Below are positions 53,118-55,758 of a DNA stretch of 55,758 bases, piece by piece. The DNA is from a virus (Duplodnaviria > Caudoviricetes), in IMG/VR virus record IMGVR_UViG_3300042922_000297, positions 1-55,758 of that record; one strand, 5' to 3'. The notes below the pieces were generated by a model, which was not told the DNA's origin, did not search any database, and saw nothing but the letters and a program-made list of their open reading frames with translations. Each line of letters starts with the position of its first letter. The stretch's first letter is position 1. Made by a program: the position numbers and the translations under genes.

Positions 53118-53482
53118 TGCCCGACTCGATCCCCGCGTTCAAGGTCGGCGACAAAGTGCTGCTCGTCAAACGCACCCACCGCCGCTACGAACCCGAAGCC
53201 GAAATCGAAACCACCGTCACCAAAGTCGGCCGCAAGTACTTCACCGTCGAACACGGACTCCACTACCAAAAGTTCCACCTCGACAGCGGCTTCGAGGTAT
53301 CCAACTACTCGGCGTCCTGCTACGTCACCACACCCGAACGACAAGCCGAAAAGGCCCTTGTGAGCTACCTGGTCGACGCACTGCGCAAGCAGGGTGTCAC
53401 CTTTGATGGACATCACCGGAACTTCACATCCAAATCGCTGAAGGCGATCCTCGGCGCGGTACTCGCAGAGGGCGGTGCCTGA
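53117..53482 (+). CDS. Hypothetical beta-barrel-like protein
   Basis: FKVGDKV...VTKVGRKY. Confidence 0.75.
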   Translation: MPDSIPAFKVGDKVLLVKRTHRRYEPEAEIETTVTKVGRKYFTVEHGLHYQKFHLDSGFEVSNYSASCYVTTPERQAEKALVSYLVDALRKQGVTFDGHHRNFTSKSLKAILGAVLAEGGA

Positions 53483-54528
53483 TGGCAAGGGATCACACGA
53501 GAGTGAACCTCGACATCTGGGGTGACGACGACTTTCGCGACCTACCCGTCGACTCCCAAAACCTCTACTGGACGCTCTGGACATCACCCGACAGGACATA
53601 CTGCGGCGCCCATGAGTGGAGGCCAGGGAAGCTCTCTCAGTGCGCCGAGGACTGGACGCTGCCAAGGCTTCTCACCGCCGCCACCGTCCTATCTGAGCGT
53701 CTGTTCGTGTTGTTCGACGACGTGACCGAGGAGTGCCTAATCCGGTCATGGATCAAGCACGACGGGCTGTGGCGAACCCCGAACTTGGCAGTGACGATCG
53801 CCAACGCGAGGGCCGCTATGGGGTCGAAAACGTTGCGCGGTGTCGTCGTTCATGAGGTCAAAAAGCTGGTGCGGGCCGAGCCGGAATTGAACGGTTGGAA
53901 GCGCGATGAGGTCGTGAAGATGCTCTCCCAGAGGGACGTTGACCCGGCCGACATACCCCCGTACAACCCCGGACCTAATGGGGGCATTAACCCCAGCTCT
54001 AACCCCACGGTTAACCCCACCGCTAACCCTTACGACCGGAACGGCGTTAACCCCCCGCCTAACCCCCCCTCTACTACAGCTACCTCTACACCTACAGCTA
54101 CAGCTACAAACCCCCCCGCTCACGTCGACTACGAACCGGAACCACCCCAGCGGTACAGCGGGAGACGAACGGGGGCAGAACTCGCACTGGCACGCTTCTC
54201 GATGATCCCAAGCCATCACTCACAGATCGCCCGCGACATCGTCCGCCAGTACAGCGACAGCCTGGATACGCCTATCGACGCTAAGACGGCCCGTGAGATC
54301 GCACAGGCCGTCGATGGCGGGATTCAGGCCGGCCAGTCGCCCGAGGCGATCTCGGCAGGCATCGAGGACTGGGCCAAGTCGGATTCGTTCTCACCCACCC
54401 AGATCGCGAAGTACATCACCAAGGCCGCCGCCCGAAGGCGCAACAACGGCGTCGGGAAACCCACACTCAAAGCCGTCCAGAACGGCCAACTCGCAGAAGA
54501 ACTCATCGCCGAAATGGATGACCAATGA
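53482..54528 (+). CDS. Replication initiator protein (lambda O-like organisation)
   Basis: IWGDDDF..L....Q.LY..L N-terminus; central iteron region. Confidence 0.8.
   Translation: MARDHTRVNLDIWGDDDFRDLPVDSQNLYWTLWTSPDRTYCGAHEWRPGKLSQCAEDWTLPRLLTAATVLSERLFVLFDDVTEECLIRSWIKHDGLWRTPNLAVTIANARAAMGSKTLRGVVVHEVKKLVRAEPELNGWKRDEVVKMLSQRDVDPADIPPYNPGPNGGINPSSNPTVNPTANPYDRNGVNPPPNPPSTTATSTPTATATNPPAHVDYEPEPPQRYSGRRTGAELALARFSMIPSHHSQIARDIVRQYSDSLDTPIDAKTAREIAQAVDGGIQAGQSPEAISAGIEDWAKSDSFSPTQIAKYITKAAARRRNNGVGKPTLKAVQNGQLAEELIAEMDDQ
53964..54110. repeat. Iteron-like repeats, probable replication origin
   Basis: TAACCC(C) at 53988, 54000, 54012, 54024, 54048, 54060; then CTACAG/CTACAC hexamers. Confidence 0.75.
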
Positions 54529-55055
54529 ACCTCAACGCCACACCCGACACCTTGCGGGCAATCGCAAAAGCCCTCCAACGAGCCGGATTCCTCGACGACC
54601 GCATCGGGCAACCCGACAAAGCCCGCATCGCAGCATGGGCCGAACAAATCCAGCCCTACCGTTTCACCGACGGCGACATGCTCGACGGCGTGTCCCGGTA
54701 CTACTCCGGGCCTGTCGATCGGGCGATCGGGATCGGTGACTTGATCCACCACTCGAAGCAGGCCCGCGTGGATCGGACGGCGAGCGAGACCCGGGAGCAG
54801 CGTGAGGCCCGGCAGGAAGCGTTGTCGGCGAAGGCGGCTGAGGACATTGAGGCGTTGGCTGAGCGCAAGGGCTTGAGACTGGGCGCGGACCGGGTGTTTC
54901 TGCGTGGCGGCCCGGATACTGCGAAATCGGTTGTGTGCCCGTGGTGCAAGGCCCGCCCCGGACAGCCGTGCGTCGAACCATCGTCTGGGAAGCCGTTGAC
55001 TCACACCCCGTATCACCCGGGGCGTGTTGATGCATGGGGAGGGAAAACCGCATGA
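54525..55055 (+). CDS. Replication accessory protein (helicase loader-like) with C-terminal Zn finger
   Basis: Follows initiator; D.R......AW; CPWC.A.PG.PC...H..R. Confidence 0.7.
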   Translation: MNLNATPDTLRAIAKALQRAGFLDDRIGQPDKARIAAWAEQIQPYRFTDGDMLDGVSRYYSGPVDRAIGIGDLIHHSKQARVDRTASETREQREARQEALSAKAAEDIEALAERKGLRLGADRVFLRGGPDTAKSVVCPWCKARPGQPCVEPSSGKPLTHTPYHPGRVDAWGGKTA

Positions 55056-55216
55056 GCGACACCCGCTGCAAGCACTGCAACCGCCGCATCATCCGAATCG
55101 GCCTGACGGAGTGGGGTCACGTACCGACGACGCCACGCGAATCACTATCCCGTCAATGCCGACCACCCGCCGCCCGCCGAACCGCCAACCCCGCCGGGGG
55201 GTCTCGTCATGCCTGA
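55052..55216 (+). CDS. Small Zn-binding protein
   Basis: CKHC..I...W.H...C. Confidence 0.6.
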   Translation: MSDTRCKHCNRRIIRIGLTEWGHVPTTPRESLSRQCRPPAARRTANPAGGSRHA

Positions 55217-55562
55217 CCTGAAAACGGTACTCACCGAAGCGTTGCGTGAGCATGACATCGGCTATCAACGCTGCAAGTGCGGATGGTTTACGGAGCACGG
55301 TGTTGTTGCGGACGCCGTTGCCGCCCATCTTGCGGATGTCCTGCTGTCCCTTCCGGGTGTGGCGGTAACCCAACTCCCCGAACCCATCGGCACAAACGGC
55401 AACGACAACCGCGTCTGGGAAAACGGGCCGAACTACATCGAGCAAGAGTTCGAGGGCGACGTGATCATCAACGACCGCCTGGGAATCGACGCCGAGCACC
55501 TCCGCGCAACTGCCGCAATCCTGCTCGCTGCGGTTGTTCTCTCTGAGGGGGAAACCCGATGA
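55209..55562 (+). CDS. Hypothetical protein
   Basis: H...CKCG...H.A. Confidence 0.7.
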   Translation: MPDLKTVLTEALREHDIGYQRCKCGWFTEHGVVADAVAAHLADVLLSLPGVAVTQLPEPIGTNGNDNRVWENGPNYIEQEFEGDVIINDRLGIDAEHLRATAAILLAAVVLSEGETR

Positions 55563-55758
55563 GCGGCGGCGGTGCGGTGTTGGTTGTTGCCGACACACTC
55601 CGCAACCACATGCCCGTGTTCGACGAGAACGGGCACATCAACGGCACCGTCCCCGGCCGCGGCGCGTGGGATTGCTTCTGCGGGATGGTCGTCAACGTGG
55701 CCGAGGACGACGTGCTGGCCCATGTGGCTGCTGCTGTGGTTGACGCCCTAGGAGGACT
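55559..55758 (+). CDS. 5' part of junction-spanning gene
   Basis: ATGA overlap; frame continues into 128..299. Confidence 0.8.
   Translation, partial: MSGGGAVLVVADTLRNHMPVFDENGHINGTVPGRGAWDCFCGMVVNVAEDDVLAHVAAAVVDALGG
55632..55758. repeat. Terminal direct repeat copy 2 (circular assembly overlap)
   Basis: Identical to 1-127. Confidence 0.97.

Noticed and set aside
53964-54110. CRISPR array or telomere-like repeat
   Set aside because: Units are 6-12 bp without unique spacers, lie within a CDS, and there are no cas genes.
55632-55758. Biological direct terminal repeat
   Set aside because: The 127-bp length matches a common assembler k-mer and the repeat lies mid-gene; HNH-terS layout points to cos ends near 6180.

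Overview
This window is a complete, circularised genome of a temperate, high-GC actinobacterial siphophage, almost certainly a mycobacteriophage or an excised Mycobacterium/Mycolicibacterium prophage (lysin B, two WhiB genes, DUF2510 protein, tRNA-Ala-type attP). Bases 1-127 are identical to 55632-55758, so the unit length is about 55,631 bp and one gene spans the junction. Gene order: small late-early genes and HNH, a probable cos region (~6180), terS, terL, portal, scaffold, decoration protein, major capsid, head-tail genes, major tail, tail chaperones, tape measure, minor tail and fibre genes, a reverse-strand lipoprotein, a clan GH-A glycosidase, lysis cassette, accessory genes, attP, tyrosine integrase, repressor/Cro/antirepressor, then early genes (Dam-type MTase, 2 WhiB, Sak4-like ATPase, HNH, TGT/DpdA-like gene, replication initiator with iterons). 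Most notable: (1) an independently promoted antisense lipoprotein whose domain aligns by eye with the lectin-like domain of the adjacent tail fibre, beside a glycoside hydrolase (candidate receptor-masking exclusion system); (2) a stand-alone DpdA/TGT-like gene split at a C8 tract; (3) a probable ATC start for the tape measure gene and a +1/-2 chaperone frameshift geometry; (4) an RHH module with three palindromic operators and two in-frame leaderless starts; (5) several recurring structured-RNA elements. All family assignments come from motif recognition and synteny by eye; no database search was run.
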